A program made the position numbers and the translations under genes. Of a stretch of 64,000 bases of DNA, positions 29,452 to 37,172 are shown piece by piece. The notes beneath the pieces are model-generated. The model made no database searches and was not told the origin of the DNA. It saw only the letters and a list, made by a program, of their open reading frames with translations. Every line of letters begins with the position of its first letter. Position 1 is the first letter of the stretch. The stretch spans positions 19,990 through 83,989 of the forward strand of contig CAZJVU010000001.1 of the NCBI GenBank assembly GCA_964550035.1, written 5' to 3'. The DNA is from an uncultured Candidatus Saccharibacteria bacterium. GTDB taxonomy: Bacteria; Patescibacteriota; Saccharimonadia; Saccharimonadales; EFPC-124.

Positions 29452-30875
29452 TTTGTGGCGCCTCCCATCGTGCTGAGTTCGAGTAGTTGCTGGACGGCTT
29501 TGTCGATGTCTTCGTCTTTCTCTATGCTCGGGCTCATCTCGCGCACTTTCATCTTGAGCAGACCGATATTGAGCTTACGCTGGCCGGCTGCCTCGAGGAC
29601 GGTCGAGAGGATGAGCTCTTGTTCGGTAAGAGTAAAGAGCTCGCCCGGTGTCTGGCGGAATGCTTCGTTGAGCTGCTGGCCGAGCTGCAGTGCCTGCATT
29701 GTTTCGGGTGCCATGTCGGCACCGAAGTGCGAGAATTCAGAGGCTTGGCGATACGCGGCAAGGCTCTTGAAGAGTGTGCCGGAGATTTTCTTCTGACGAG
29801 CGTTTTGTGCGCGACCGCCCACACGCGAGACAGAAAGGCCGGCGTTGATGGCTGGCTTGATGTTCTGGCGGAACGTGGCGAGGTCAAATATAAGCTGACC
29901 GTCAGTGATGGACATAATGCTTGTCGGCAGATAAGCCGTGATGTCATCGCCCGGAGTTACGACGGCTGGCAGCGCGGTGAGCGTCTTGCCGTTAGCGGCG
30001 AGTTTGCCGGCGCGCTCGAGCAGCGACGAATGCGCGTAGAACATGTCGCCCGGGTAGCTGTCGCGGCCTGGGTTGACCTGGGCAAGGAGCGAAACTTCGC
30101 GGTACACCTTGGCGTGCGAGCTGAGATCGTCGTAGATGATCACCACATCGCGGCCGTGATACCACAGATATTCGGCGATCGAGCAGCCAACGTATGGCGC
30201 GAGGTAACTTTGCGCTAGCGAGTCGAAGATGTTGGCCACCACCACGATGCTGTTGTTGATAGCGCCAGTTTCGTTCAGGCGGTTTAGGAGCGAATCGATT
30301 TCCAGGCGACGTTTACCGATTAGCACATACACCACGATGCGATCCGTCCCAACCTGGTTGACGCCGAGCTGCGTGAGGAAGCTTGTCTTGCCGGACTTCG
30401 TGTCGCCCAGCACGGCAATGCGCTGACCGAGCACGACCGAGAACATCATGTCGACCATCGTCACACCCGAAGCGAGCTGATCCTTGAGGATAGCGCGGTC
30501 CATGATACCAGGCGCTCTGTTGAAGACCGGCCAGTTTTCTTCGAAACGGACTGAGCCTTTGCCGTCGAGCGGCTGGCCCAACGGATTGATGACGCGGCCA
30601 ATCAACGCATCGCCAACGCCGGTGGTGAGAACGTTGTTCTGCAGGACAACGAGGCTGCCGAGCTGCGCGTTTTCGGACTCGAGATTCAGGATAAGAACAG
30701 TTTCGGCGCCAACTTCGCGTACCATACCTTGTTGGCCGTTTTCGAATAGCACGAGGGCGTTACTTGAAATTCCGTCGAGCCCTTTTACGGTCACCAGGAA
30801 GCGATCGACGCCGACAACTTCACCGGTTGGCTGGCCAGCTTCGACGAGTTTCTGGAAGAGGTTGTTATCGTACAC
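29448..30875 (-). CDS. atpA: F1 ATP synthase alpha subunit
   Basis: Walker A GDTKSGKT. I place the start at GTG 30875, 8 nt after GGAGAT and overlapping the atpH stop, rather than at the track start 30995, which would lie inside atpH. Confidence 0.9.
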
Positions 30876-31362
30876 TGTTGTAGATCTCCGAAATGCGTGA
30901 TTTGTGCGAAAGGATTTGCTCGCGGAACGACCAGTTGTAGACGTGCGAGCCGGCTTGGACGATGACTCCACCGCCGATGTCGGCACGCGTGGCAAAGGTG
31001 AGAAGCGCGTAGGGATGGATTTCGGTCCGGAACCAGTCAGTAAGCTTGCGCTTGAGGTCGCGGTTGGGAAGGGCGGCCATCATGAGATGGACGGCTGGAG
31101 CTTTGTCGCGAATAGCCTCGAGCTCTTTAAGGAGCTTTTCGGCTGCTGGTTGGTCGGTTGGCGTGATGGCGGATTCGTGCAGGACGCCAAGGAGGAGCGC
31201 AGATGTGTGCGCTGGTGCGCCGACCGTCGCATGCGTTGCTTTGGCGCGGACGTTTGCATCCCGAAGCGAGCTAATATGACCGCGCAGCTCGATGATAATC
31301 GCACTAAGTTGCTCAGGCGAGTAGAGGTCAAGCGGAAGGTGAACAGCGGCATCCGCGGTCAT
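30865..31362 (-). CDS. atpH: F1 ATP synthase delta subunit (OSCP)
   Basis: 165 aa in the operon position between b and alpha. The C-terminal ...ATRADIGGGVIVQAGSHVYNWSFREQI is OSCP-like. Confidence 0.75.
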   Translation of the reverse strand: MTADAAVHLPLDLYSPEQLSAIIIELRGHISSLRDANVRAKATHATVGAPAHTSALLLGVLHESAITPTDQPAAEKLLKELEAIRDKAPAVHLMMAALPNRDLKRKLTDWFRTEIHPYALLTFATRADIGGGVIVQAGSHVYNWSFREQILSHKSRISEIYNSVR

Positions 31363-31970
31363 GAAAGAATATCTCGCTTAATTTCGTCTTTGTGCTTATG
31401 GAGCGTCTCAAAGATGTACGCCGATTGCGCCCCAAGGTCGACCTGCGTACCGAGGCTTTCCACAAGATAGCTGCTGACAATGTCGTTCATGCGCTCGTCC
31501 AGCGAGGCAAAACGTTTCTCGCCTTCGTTCTGGATGATCTTGTCGAGATGCTCGGTGAGCTGAGTGCGACGGTCGTCGAGTTCCTTCTGAAGCTTGGTGA
31601 ACTCTTGGATACTTTGGTCGCGGAGGGCCTGCAGACTCACCTGATACTTCTCGAACTCGCCAGCCAGTGAGTTATTGGCCATGTCGCTGATGCGTACACT
31701 CAGTCCGTCGACGGCATTGTCCAGCGACTCCTTGAAACGCGCGCCCGCTTCGCTTGCGACCTTGTTGAGCTGTTGCTTCGTGAGTTTTTCGACTTCGGTC
31801 ATGTCGACATCGGCGAGTACTTTGCCGGCGTCGACCTTTACTTCGTAGACTTTGGGTGATGGACGCTCGTGGAGTTGTCTATTAAGTTTCATAGCCCAGA
31901 TCAGGCTGAAGGCATTAATAACCACCATCGCGATCAGACCGAGGACCAGGACGAGTTGCAGTGAATCCAT
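31359..31970 (-). CDS. atpF: Fo ATP synthase b-like subunit
   Basis: 203 aa with a single N-terminal TM span and a long charged coiled coil, directly upstream of atpH. Called from architecture and position. Confidence 0.6.
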   Translation of the reverse strand: MDSLQLVLVLGLIAMVVINAFSLIWAMKLNRQLHERPSPKVYEVKVDAGKVLADVDMTEVEKLTKQQLNKVASEAGARFKESLDNAVDGLSVRISDMANNSLAGEFEKYQVSLQALRDQSIQEFTKLQKELDDRRTQLTEHLDKIIQNEGEKRFASLDERMNDIVSSYLVESLGTQVDLGAQSAYIFETLHKHKDEIKRDILS

Positions 31971-31983
31971 CTTTTTATTTTCC

Positions 31984-32829
31984 TTATGTGCTTAACACCA
32001 AATATATAGCAATAAGCATTACCAGTAAAATACCGAGCGCCGTTGCCCCGACCTCGAACAAGCTCTTTCGGACTGCGCCTTCGCTGAGCGGGTTGCGGCC
32101 GATACTGATAATGCTAGAACGAGTAGACGAGTAGAGCAGCACGGCAATGCTTATGAACCCAAAGGCCAACACGAGCGTGCTGACGAGTACTCGCACTGGT
32201 GAGACATCTTTGCCAGCAACGGAGTTAGCAAGCGACTGGAGGAAGGGCGGCAGGAACGTGTTCTTTTCTTCGGGCGCGGCATAGTAGGTGACGTTGATTT
32301 GGACGGGGAGGGCGCCGACCTTGACTGTCTGTGGCTTGCCTTCTTTGTCGGTGATAGTGCGGCTAGCCGTCTCGACGGATTTGAGGTCAACCTGCGCCGT
32401 GCCGACCACCAGCGAGCTGGAGCTGGCGTGCATGCCGATGCCGTTGATAGGCGAGGCGGTGATCTTGTCGCCGGCCTTTATATCGCCATTGATATCGCTC
32501 ACAAGTGTGACGGTTGTGCCGCTGATGACAACTTGCGCTTCCTTATCATTTTTATTGCTGAGCTCGATGAGCGGCTTGTCGCCGATAACGCCGACGAGCT
32601 GGTTAACCCGGTCGATATTGGTGAGCTCAATAGTATTCTGCGAGCCAGATGTCAGGCTTACCAGTGCTCCCGTCGCCAGGTCGGTCTCGCTTGTCTTAAA
32701 TCCTTGCGAGATGGCCGCGGTACTATCGGCACGTGCTGGGCCTAGCGTAAAGAATCCCATAAACAGTGCCACCAAAAAACCCAGAACCCAGGGTATACGA
32801 TTTTTCGGTTGCCATGCGCTCAGCGACAT
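31984..32829 (-). CDS. Signal-peptide protein with a ~200-aa extracytoplasmic domain and a C-terminal c-subunit-like helical hairpin; first gene of the atp operon
   Basis: ATG 32829. Signal peptide is ...FFTLGPARA/DS. The C-terminal 70 aa form two TM helices joined by the loop SIGRNPLSEGAVRKSLF, which resembles the (A/G)R(Q/N)P loop of Fo c subunits. It occupies the slot where atpB-atpE normally sit. Confidence 0.5.
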   Translation of the reverse strand: MSLSAWQPKNRIPWVLGFLVALFMGFFTLGPARADSTAAISQGFKTSETDLATGALVSLTSGSQNTIELTNIDRVNQLVGVIGDKPLIELSNKNDKEAQVVISGTTVTLVSDINGDIKAGDKITASPINGIGMHASSSSLVVGTAQVDLKSVETASRTITDKEGKPQTVKVGALPVQINVTYYAAPEEKNTFLPPFLQSLANSVAGKDVSPVRVLVSTLVLAFGFISIAVLLYSSTRSSIISIGRNPLSEGAVRKSLFEVGATALGILLVMLIAIYLVLST

Positions 32830-32961
32830 CAAGACCCACCATTAGTGCTTATGGTTAACATTATAACTTACAAACTTAATAATACCTCATGACGCTTGCG
32901 GTTAAGACGTAATTTTAATAAACTGAAACATTAGTAGGGTAGTAACTAAAAGGTAGAGGTT

Positions 32962-33540
32962 ATGGAATTCAGAAACAGCCAAGCTGGTTCAAATACTCGA
33001 CGTTATCCCGAGCCAACGCGGGCCAACGCCACAACCAATGAAAATACAACGACGCAAGGAGGGGGTGCCGACGCGCCAACACGTAATACTATGCAGATGC
33101 AAAACAATTCTTCAAATGGTAAGTTTGGTAAGCCAATGATGGTCGTCGTCGCAGCCGTCGTCGTGGTTCTTTTAGTACTTGGCGTATGGTTCGCTTGGTC
33201 AAAAATGGGCGGTGACGCCGGCGTAAAGAGCGGCCAGTACCAAGCGGTCTTCTTGACCAACGGCCAGGTATACTTCGGCAAAGTGAGCGACGTGAACAAT
33301 GGTTACGTCAAGCTCAGCGACATCTATTATCTCCAGGTCCAGCAGTCAGTGCAGCCAACCGACAAGAGCAAGAGCAGCAATGACCAGTCGCAGGTCTCAC
33401 TCGCCAAGCTCGGAAGCGAGCTCCACGGTCCAGAGGACTCCATGAACATCAACCGCGACCAAGTGCTGTTCTGGGAGAACCTCAAGAACGACGGTAAGGT
33501 TGTGCAAGCGATTAACAGCTACAAACAAAATAACAAATAG
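32962..33540 (+). CDS. Membrane-anchored hypothetical protein
   Basis: 192 aa. Low-complexity N-terminus, one TM span (MMVVVAAVVVVLLVLGVWFAW) and an extracytoplasmic domain. SD is AGGTAGAGG. Confidence 0.6.
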   Translation: MEFRNSQAGSNTRRYPEPTRANATTNENTTTQGGGADAPTRNTMQMQNNSSNGKFGKPMMVVVAAVVVVLLVLGVWFAWSKMGGDAGVKSGQYQAVFLTNGQVYFGKVSDVNNGYVKLSDIYYLQVQQSVQPTDKSKSSNDQSQVSLAKLGSELHGPEDSMNINRDQVLFWENLKNDGKVVQAINSYKQNNK

Positions 33541-33662
33541 CTGAGCGCATGACGCGGCGAATCGCTGCGTTGGGCGATCCAGTGCTCCTTCGCAGTGCCA
33601 ATAGCACAGCTCAGTCCGCGCTTCTCGCCCGCCTTGCGCTTCATCCGCGTCAAGCACTCAGC

Positions 33663-33699
33663 AAAACCGCCACAGAATCATGCGGCGGTTTTGCTTTTT
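33663..33699 (+). terminator. Rho-independent terminator
   Basis: AAAACCGCC with a 12-nt loop and GGCGGTTTT, followed by GCTTTTTG. Confidence 0.7.
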
Positions 33700-33729
33700 G
33701 GGGAACTTTCGATACTATAGTGCCAATAT

Positions 33730-34311
33730 ATGCACAACGATACACAGAAAAAGCGAATCATTACTATTGCTGGCCGGCCAGGCAGCGGTAAATCAACAGC
33801 ATCGAAGGCTATAGCCGAGCAACTGGGGTTTGAGCATTTTAGCTCTGGTGATCTGTTCCGGGCTATTGGTCGCGAACGCGGCATCGATGTCACGCAGACC
33901 AATCGCGCCGCAACTGACGACCTCGAGATCGATCGTCTCGTCGACGAGCGCCTCCAGGAGATTGGCAAGACGCAGGACGGTGTAGCGATTGATTCACGAC
34001 TTGCTTGGCACTGGATTCCTGATTCGTTCAAGGTGTACCTCGACCTCGATCTCGAGGTTGCCGCCAAGCGTATTCTCGGCAATATCGACCCAGTCCGGAA
34101 ACAGCACGAGCATCTCCCCGATGACCCGAAAGAATACGCCGCAGCGCTCGCACATCGTCTCGACCTTGAAGAGACGCGCTATCAAGCTAAATATGGTGTT
34201 AATATTTCTGACCGCAGCAATTACGACCTTGTGGTAGATACCGATACGAATGGCCCCAAGCAAGTTGTTGAGCTGATTTTGTCGGCATACAACGAGTGGT
34301 TGTCGAGCTAG
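33730..34311 (+). CDS. Cytidylate kinase-like nucleoside monophosphate kinase
   Basis: P-loop ITIAGRPGSGKST plus FSSGDLFRAIG (compare Cmk D.G..YRA). 193 aa. TACTAT/TATAGT lies 8-11 nt upstream of the ATG. Confidence 0.6.
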   Translation: MHNDTQKKRIITIAGRPGSGKSTASKAIAEQLGFEHFSSGDLFRAIGRERGIDVTQTNRAATDDLEIDRLVDERLQEIGKTQDGVAIDSRLAWHWIPDSFKVYLDLDLEVAAKRILGNIDPVRKQHEHLPDDPKEYAAALAHRLDLEETRYQAKYGVNISDRSNYDLVVDTDTNGPKQVVELILSAYNEWLSS

Positions 34312-34337
34312 AGCAGGTAGATAATAAGTTCTTTTCG

Positions 34338-34373
34338 GTGAGGGCGGGGCGCACGAGGCGCCGCCGCCCTCAC
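34338..34373. terminator. Bidirectional GC-rich hairpin (cmk-like end / cassette end)
   Basis: GTGAGGGCGGGGCGC-ACGAG-GCGCC(G)CCGCCCTCAC: 15 bp with one bulge, 6 nt from the stop at 34379. Confidence 0.7.
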
Positions 34374-34378
34374 GGTCG

Positions 34379-34699
34379 TCAGCGTTGGAGGCCGGCTGCT
34401 TCGAAGAATGCCGCCCTGGACACGATCGCCAGGTCAGGCCCGCCACCACCGATGCCGATGTAGAGGGCGTCGATCGGCCGCTGCTTCGGGGGGTGGTGAG
34501 TGAACTTCCTGCGGCTGATGCCGAGCTTGAACGGGGCGTTGGCGAGGATCTTTCCCCTTTCGAGGGCGACGAGTTCCGCGGTGCTGACTTCGGCGGTCTT
34601 GGTCGTGCCGTCGGTGAACTTGAGCTCGATGGTGAGCTTGTCGCCCTCACGCCCGACGCGCACGCTCTCGGCCAGGTTCAGCGGTTTGACGGTCCGCAT
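34379..34699 (-). CDS. High-GC cassette: 106-aa soluble protein, hypothetical
   Basis: ATG is 5 nt after GAGGAG. My hand count for 34381-34680 is 197/300 G+C. No family recognised. Confidence 0.65.
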   Translation of the reverse strand: MRTVKPLNLAESVRVGREGDKLTIELKFTDGTTKTAEVSTAELVALERGKILANAPFKLGISRRKFTHHPPKQRPIDALYIGIGGGGPDLAIVSRAAFFEAAGLQR

Positions 34700-34733
34700 G
34701 TGTGCTCCTCACACTTGGGTGACTGACCGAAAT

Positions 34734-34762
34734 ATAGTACGTACTTTTTGTATTTTTGTCAA
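34734..34762 (-). promoter_or_regulatory. Near-consensus sigma70 promoter for 34379..34699
   Basis: On the minus strand: TTGACA, 17-nt spacer, TACTAT. Confidence 0.65.
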
Positions 34763-34811
34763 TGCAGCTCGCCAAGGAAGCGCTCGGTAGATCTCGCAGA
34801 GGGAGTGCTAC

Positions 34812-34838
34812 TTGGCACTCTTGACGCATGAGTGCTAG
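34812..34838 (+). promoter_or_regulatory. CIRCE operator (HrcA binding site) upstream of hrcA
   Basis: TTGGCACTC-N9-GAGTGCTAG versus the consensus TTAGCACTC-N9-GAGTGCTAA. TACTAT (34845-34850) follows. Confidence 0.85.
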
Positions 34839-34887
34839 GCAACGTACTATGAAAGCACTGGCCTAGATGGCCAGCGAAGCGACTATT

Positions 34888-35589
34888 ATGACCGAACGAC
34901 AGGCTCAAATCCTAGCAGCAATCATCGAACAATACGCCGAGGTCGCATCCCCGGTGGGTTCGCTGATGCTTGCCAAGCTTTTCAATGTCAGCTCGGCTAC
35001 TATTCGCGCCGAGATGGGTCGCCTGGAGGAGATGGGTTACATTGCGCAGCCACATACTTCGGCGGGACGCATTCCGACCGACAAAGGATACCGCTTTTAT
35101 GTCAATCAGCTAGCTCAGGATCACAACCCCGGCACCGTCGATCGCACTGCGAGAGCGATCGACACGAGACTGAGCCACGCTGGTCGACCAGAGGCGGCGA
35201 TCCGCACTGCTGTCGATACGCTCGCTGAGCTGACGCACAACGTCGGCCTGGCGACTATCGGCGATCAGTTGTATATGAGTGGTTTTGGCCGGCTCTTTAG
35301 CCAGCCAGAATTTATGCAAGCAGCTGGTCCGATTCACGAAGTCGCGCAACTGCTCGACAACCTCGAGCCGTGGCTGCGCGAAACAACGCCAAACCAGCCG
35401 CTAAACGTGTATATCGGTCGAGAGAATCCCATCGGCAAGGCGAGCGGTTGTTCGCTCATTATCAGCCGATTCCGTTCACCGTTTTCTGATCAGAGCTACA
35501 TCGGCGTGCTCGGTCCGACCCGACAGAGTTACCGTCAGGTGATGGGCCTTGTGGCGCACGCTGGTCAGACACTCGAAGACGTTCTGTAA
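34888..35589 (+). CDS. hrcA: Heat-inducible transcription repressor HrcA (short form)
   Basis: MTERQAQILAAIIEQYAEVASPVGS...TIRAEMGRLEEMGYIAQPHTSAGRIPTDKGYRFYV is the canonical HrcA wHTH. 233 aa from ATG 34888; ATG 34867 is also possible. Confidence 0.9.
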   Translation: MTERQAQILAAIIEQYAEVASPVGSLMLAKLFNVSSATIRAEMGRLEEMGYIAQPHTSAGRIPTDKGYRFYVNQLAQDHNPGTVDRTARAIDTRLSHAGRPEAAIRTAVDTLAELTHNVGLATIGDQLYMSGFGRLFSQPEFMQAAGPIHEVAQLLDNLEPWLRETTPNQPLNVYIGRENPIGKASGCSLIISRFRSPFSDQSYIGVLGPTRQSYRQVMGLVAHAGQTLEDVL

Positions 35590-35612
35590 TTATAAAAGGA
35601 GCCCCGAAAGCA

Positions 35613-36164
35613 ATGGCAGACAAGAAAAGCAAACGCGAGACAGAACTCGAACAACACCTCGGTGAGCTGACCGCTGATCTGCAGCGTGTGCAGGCCGATT
35701 TCATCAACTATCGCACCCGTATGGGAGAAGACAAGCAGCGCGTTATTACTGGCGCGAAGGCCGCGACTATCATGAAATTATTACCAGTCATCGACAACAT
35801 CGAGCGCGCTGTGGCGCACGTGCCAGCCGAGCTAGGGGACAACCAATGGGCCAAGGGAGTGAGCTCGCTGGGCAAGAATCTCGAGAAGTCACTTGCAGAG
35901 CTTGGCCTGGAGCGTATTGCTGCCAAGGGTCAACCATTCGATCCGAACCTTCACGAAGCAATCAGCGCTGAGGGCGAAGGTGACCACGAAATCGTGGACG
36001 ACGAGCTGCGTGCTGGCTATCTGCTTGATGGGCAGGTGGTGCGCCATAGCCTGGTGAAGGTTGTTCATCAGGACATGCCCGTCGAGCCGGCTGAAAAAGT
36101 ACAAGAAGTTATTGAAGATACCAAGAAAGACGAGCAGGCTGACGAGGTCAAGGGCGAAGATTAG
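35613..36164 (+). CDS. grpE: Nucleotide exchange factor GrpE
   Basis: DFINYRTRM...LPVIDNIERA...GQPFDPNLHEAI motifs. SD is AAGGAG. Confidence 0.93.
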   Translation: MADKKSKRETELEQHLGELTADLQRVQADFINYRTRMGEDKQRVITGAKAATIMKLLPVIDNIERAVAHVPAELGDNQWAKGVSSLGKNLEKSLAELGLERIAAKGQPFDPNLHEAISAEGEGDHEIVDDELRAGYLLDGQVVRHSLVKVVHQDMPVEPAEKVQEVIEDTKKDEQADEVKGED

Positions 36165-36168
36165 CGCC

Positions 36169-36197
36169 TAGACAAAATATCTCTGTTGTGATATAAT
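36169..36197 (+). promoter_or_regulatory. Sigma70-like promoter with extended -10 for 36239..
   Basis: TAGACA, 17-nt spacer, TGaTATAAT (TATAAT at 36192-36197). Confidence 0.6.
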
Positions 36198-36238
36198 ATG
36201 TTTCGCAAGGAGAGGCTCAATCTAGGAGGCAATCCGAC

Positions 36239-36331
36239 ATGGGTGCAAGCCCGATCAACCCGATGAACGTGGGTTCGTTCCATCTGATGATGATCACGCT
36301 GTACGTGATGGCCCTGGGCGTGACGGCGTAA
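36239..36331 (+). CDS. High-GC cassette: 30-aa hydrophobic peptide ending at an in-frame TAA
   Basis: ATG is 9 nt after AGGAGG (36224-36229). Product is MGASPINPMNVGSFHLMMITLYVMALGVTA*. The reading frame continues into 36335..36694. Confidence 0.5.
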   Translation: MGASPINPMNVGSFHLMMITLYVMALGVTA

Positions 36332-36334
36332 GGC

Positions 36335-36694
36335 GTGTTCGGCTTCGTGCGAACGGCGGCCACCAAGCTGCCAATTCCTCGAGGCAAAGACGCGCTCGAC
36401 CCGGACCTGTTCCCGGCTGACATCACGTGCAAGCTCTACTCGTTCACCGGCCGCGGCCGCAAGGTGCGGAAGATGATCGAGCTCGCCGGCATCGTCGCCT
36501 TCGGCCTGACGGAGCTGACGTGCGTTCTGTACGTCACCTACCGTGCGGGCGACTCGTGGTTCGCCTGGAGCACGATGCCCGTCTGGCTCACGCTGGTCAT
36601 TCACGGCCTGGTGCTGCTGGCGGTCACCCTACCGCTCGTGGTTCGAGCTCATCGCCACGCCAACAAGTACAAGGGCTACGCGCTCGCGGCTTGA
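36335..36694 (+). CDS. High-GC cassette: 3-TM membrane protein (possibly one gene with 36239..36331, interrupted by TAA)
   Basis: The GTG start is one codon after the TAA and in the same frame. 119 aa with very high GC3. Chosen over three overlapping alternative-frame ORFs. Confidence 0.55.
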   Translation: MFGFVRTAATKLPIPRGKDALDPDLFPADITCKLYSFTGRGRKVRKMIELAGIVAFGLTELTCVLYVTYRAGDSWFAWSTMPVWLTLVIHGLVLLAVTLPLVVRAHRHANKYKGYALAA

Positions 36695-36699
36695 CGCTG

Positions 36700-36733
36700 G
36701 GGTGGGGTGCTGCCCACCGGCAACGCCCCACCC
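36700..36733 (+). terminator. GC-rich hairpin after cassette stop
   Basis: GGGTGGGG...CCCCACCC outer stem with an inner TGCC-CACC-GGCA stem, 6 nt after the stop. Confidence 0.6.
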
Positions 36734-36822
36734 ACCGAGCCCTCCTTGTAACTCACTGTGGTATTATTCCTATGATGATTCAAAGCAACGCAGCAAGAGT
36801 CAAGGTATTATCAAAAAAAGCG

Positions 36823-36853
36823 AAATCACCCGCGATCTGCGGGTGATTTTCTT
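36823..36853 (+). terminator. Rho-independent terminator
   Basis: Perfect 11-bp stem AAATCACCCGC-GATCT-GCGGGTGATTT followed by TCTTAT. Confidence 0.7.
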
Positions 36854-36866
36854 ATAAAGGGGGAGT

Positions 36867-37046
36867 ATGGAAGAGCTGGAAACTTTTAGGTGGCGCGGTG
36901 AGGGCGGCGAAGTTGTAACATTTGATGAGCTTACCGAGACAGAGCAACGCGTGGCACTGATAGCAGCGGGCGGCCTATTGCGCCGTAGGCAGCGACGGAC
37001 AACAGAGGTGAATCTGCCATCGCCAGAGGCGGAGCCAAACGCGTAA
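36867..37046 (+). CDS. Small 59-aa ORF (below ORF-track cutoff), hypothetical
   Basis: ATG follows AAAGGGGGAGT. Product is MEELETFRWRGEGGEVVTFDELTETEQRVALIAAGGLLRRRQRRTTEVNLPSPEAEPNA*. Confidence 0.45.
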   Translation: MEELETFRWRGEGGEVVTFDELTETEQRVALIAAGGLLRRRQRRTTEVNLPSPEAEPNA

Positions 37047-37058
37047 CGATAAAATGTA

Positions 37059-37085
37059 TTAGCACTCTTGACGCGAGAGTGCTAA
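37059..37085 (+). promoter_or_regulatory. CIRCE operator upstream of dnaK
   Basis: Perfect consensus TTAGCACTC-TTGACGCGA-GAGTGCTAA. Confidence 0.95.
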
Positions 37086-37172
37086 TTTCCTATGCTTGAA
37101 GTAGATTAGCAATCGACCACGTCGGCTGCTAGAATAAAAGCACTGCTTTAGACAATCTATTCAGGAGGACAT

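Noticed and set aside
33541-33662. GC-rich 120-bp stretch between the stop of 32962-33540 and the terminator at 33663-33699. It carries a + ORF (33549-33791) and a possible 42-aa minus ORF starting at 33644.
   Set aside because: The + ORF reads through the terminator and into the cmk-like gene in another frame. The minus ORF has no SD and overlaps the upstream gene end. It is most simply a 3' UTR or a decayed cassette remnant, and I cannot support it as a gene.
36427-36857. ORFs 36427-36846 and 36543-36857 (+, other frames), 36161-36604 (-), and a 24-codon ORF at about 36772.
   Set aside because: These are off-frame products of the GC-rich 36335-36694 gene (Arg/Pro/Ala-rich, crossing its hairpin). 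The 24-codon ORF ends inside the 36823-36853 terminator stem and has no support beyond an ATG.
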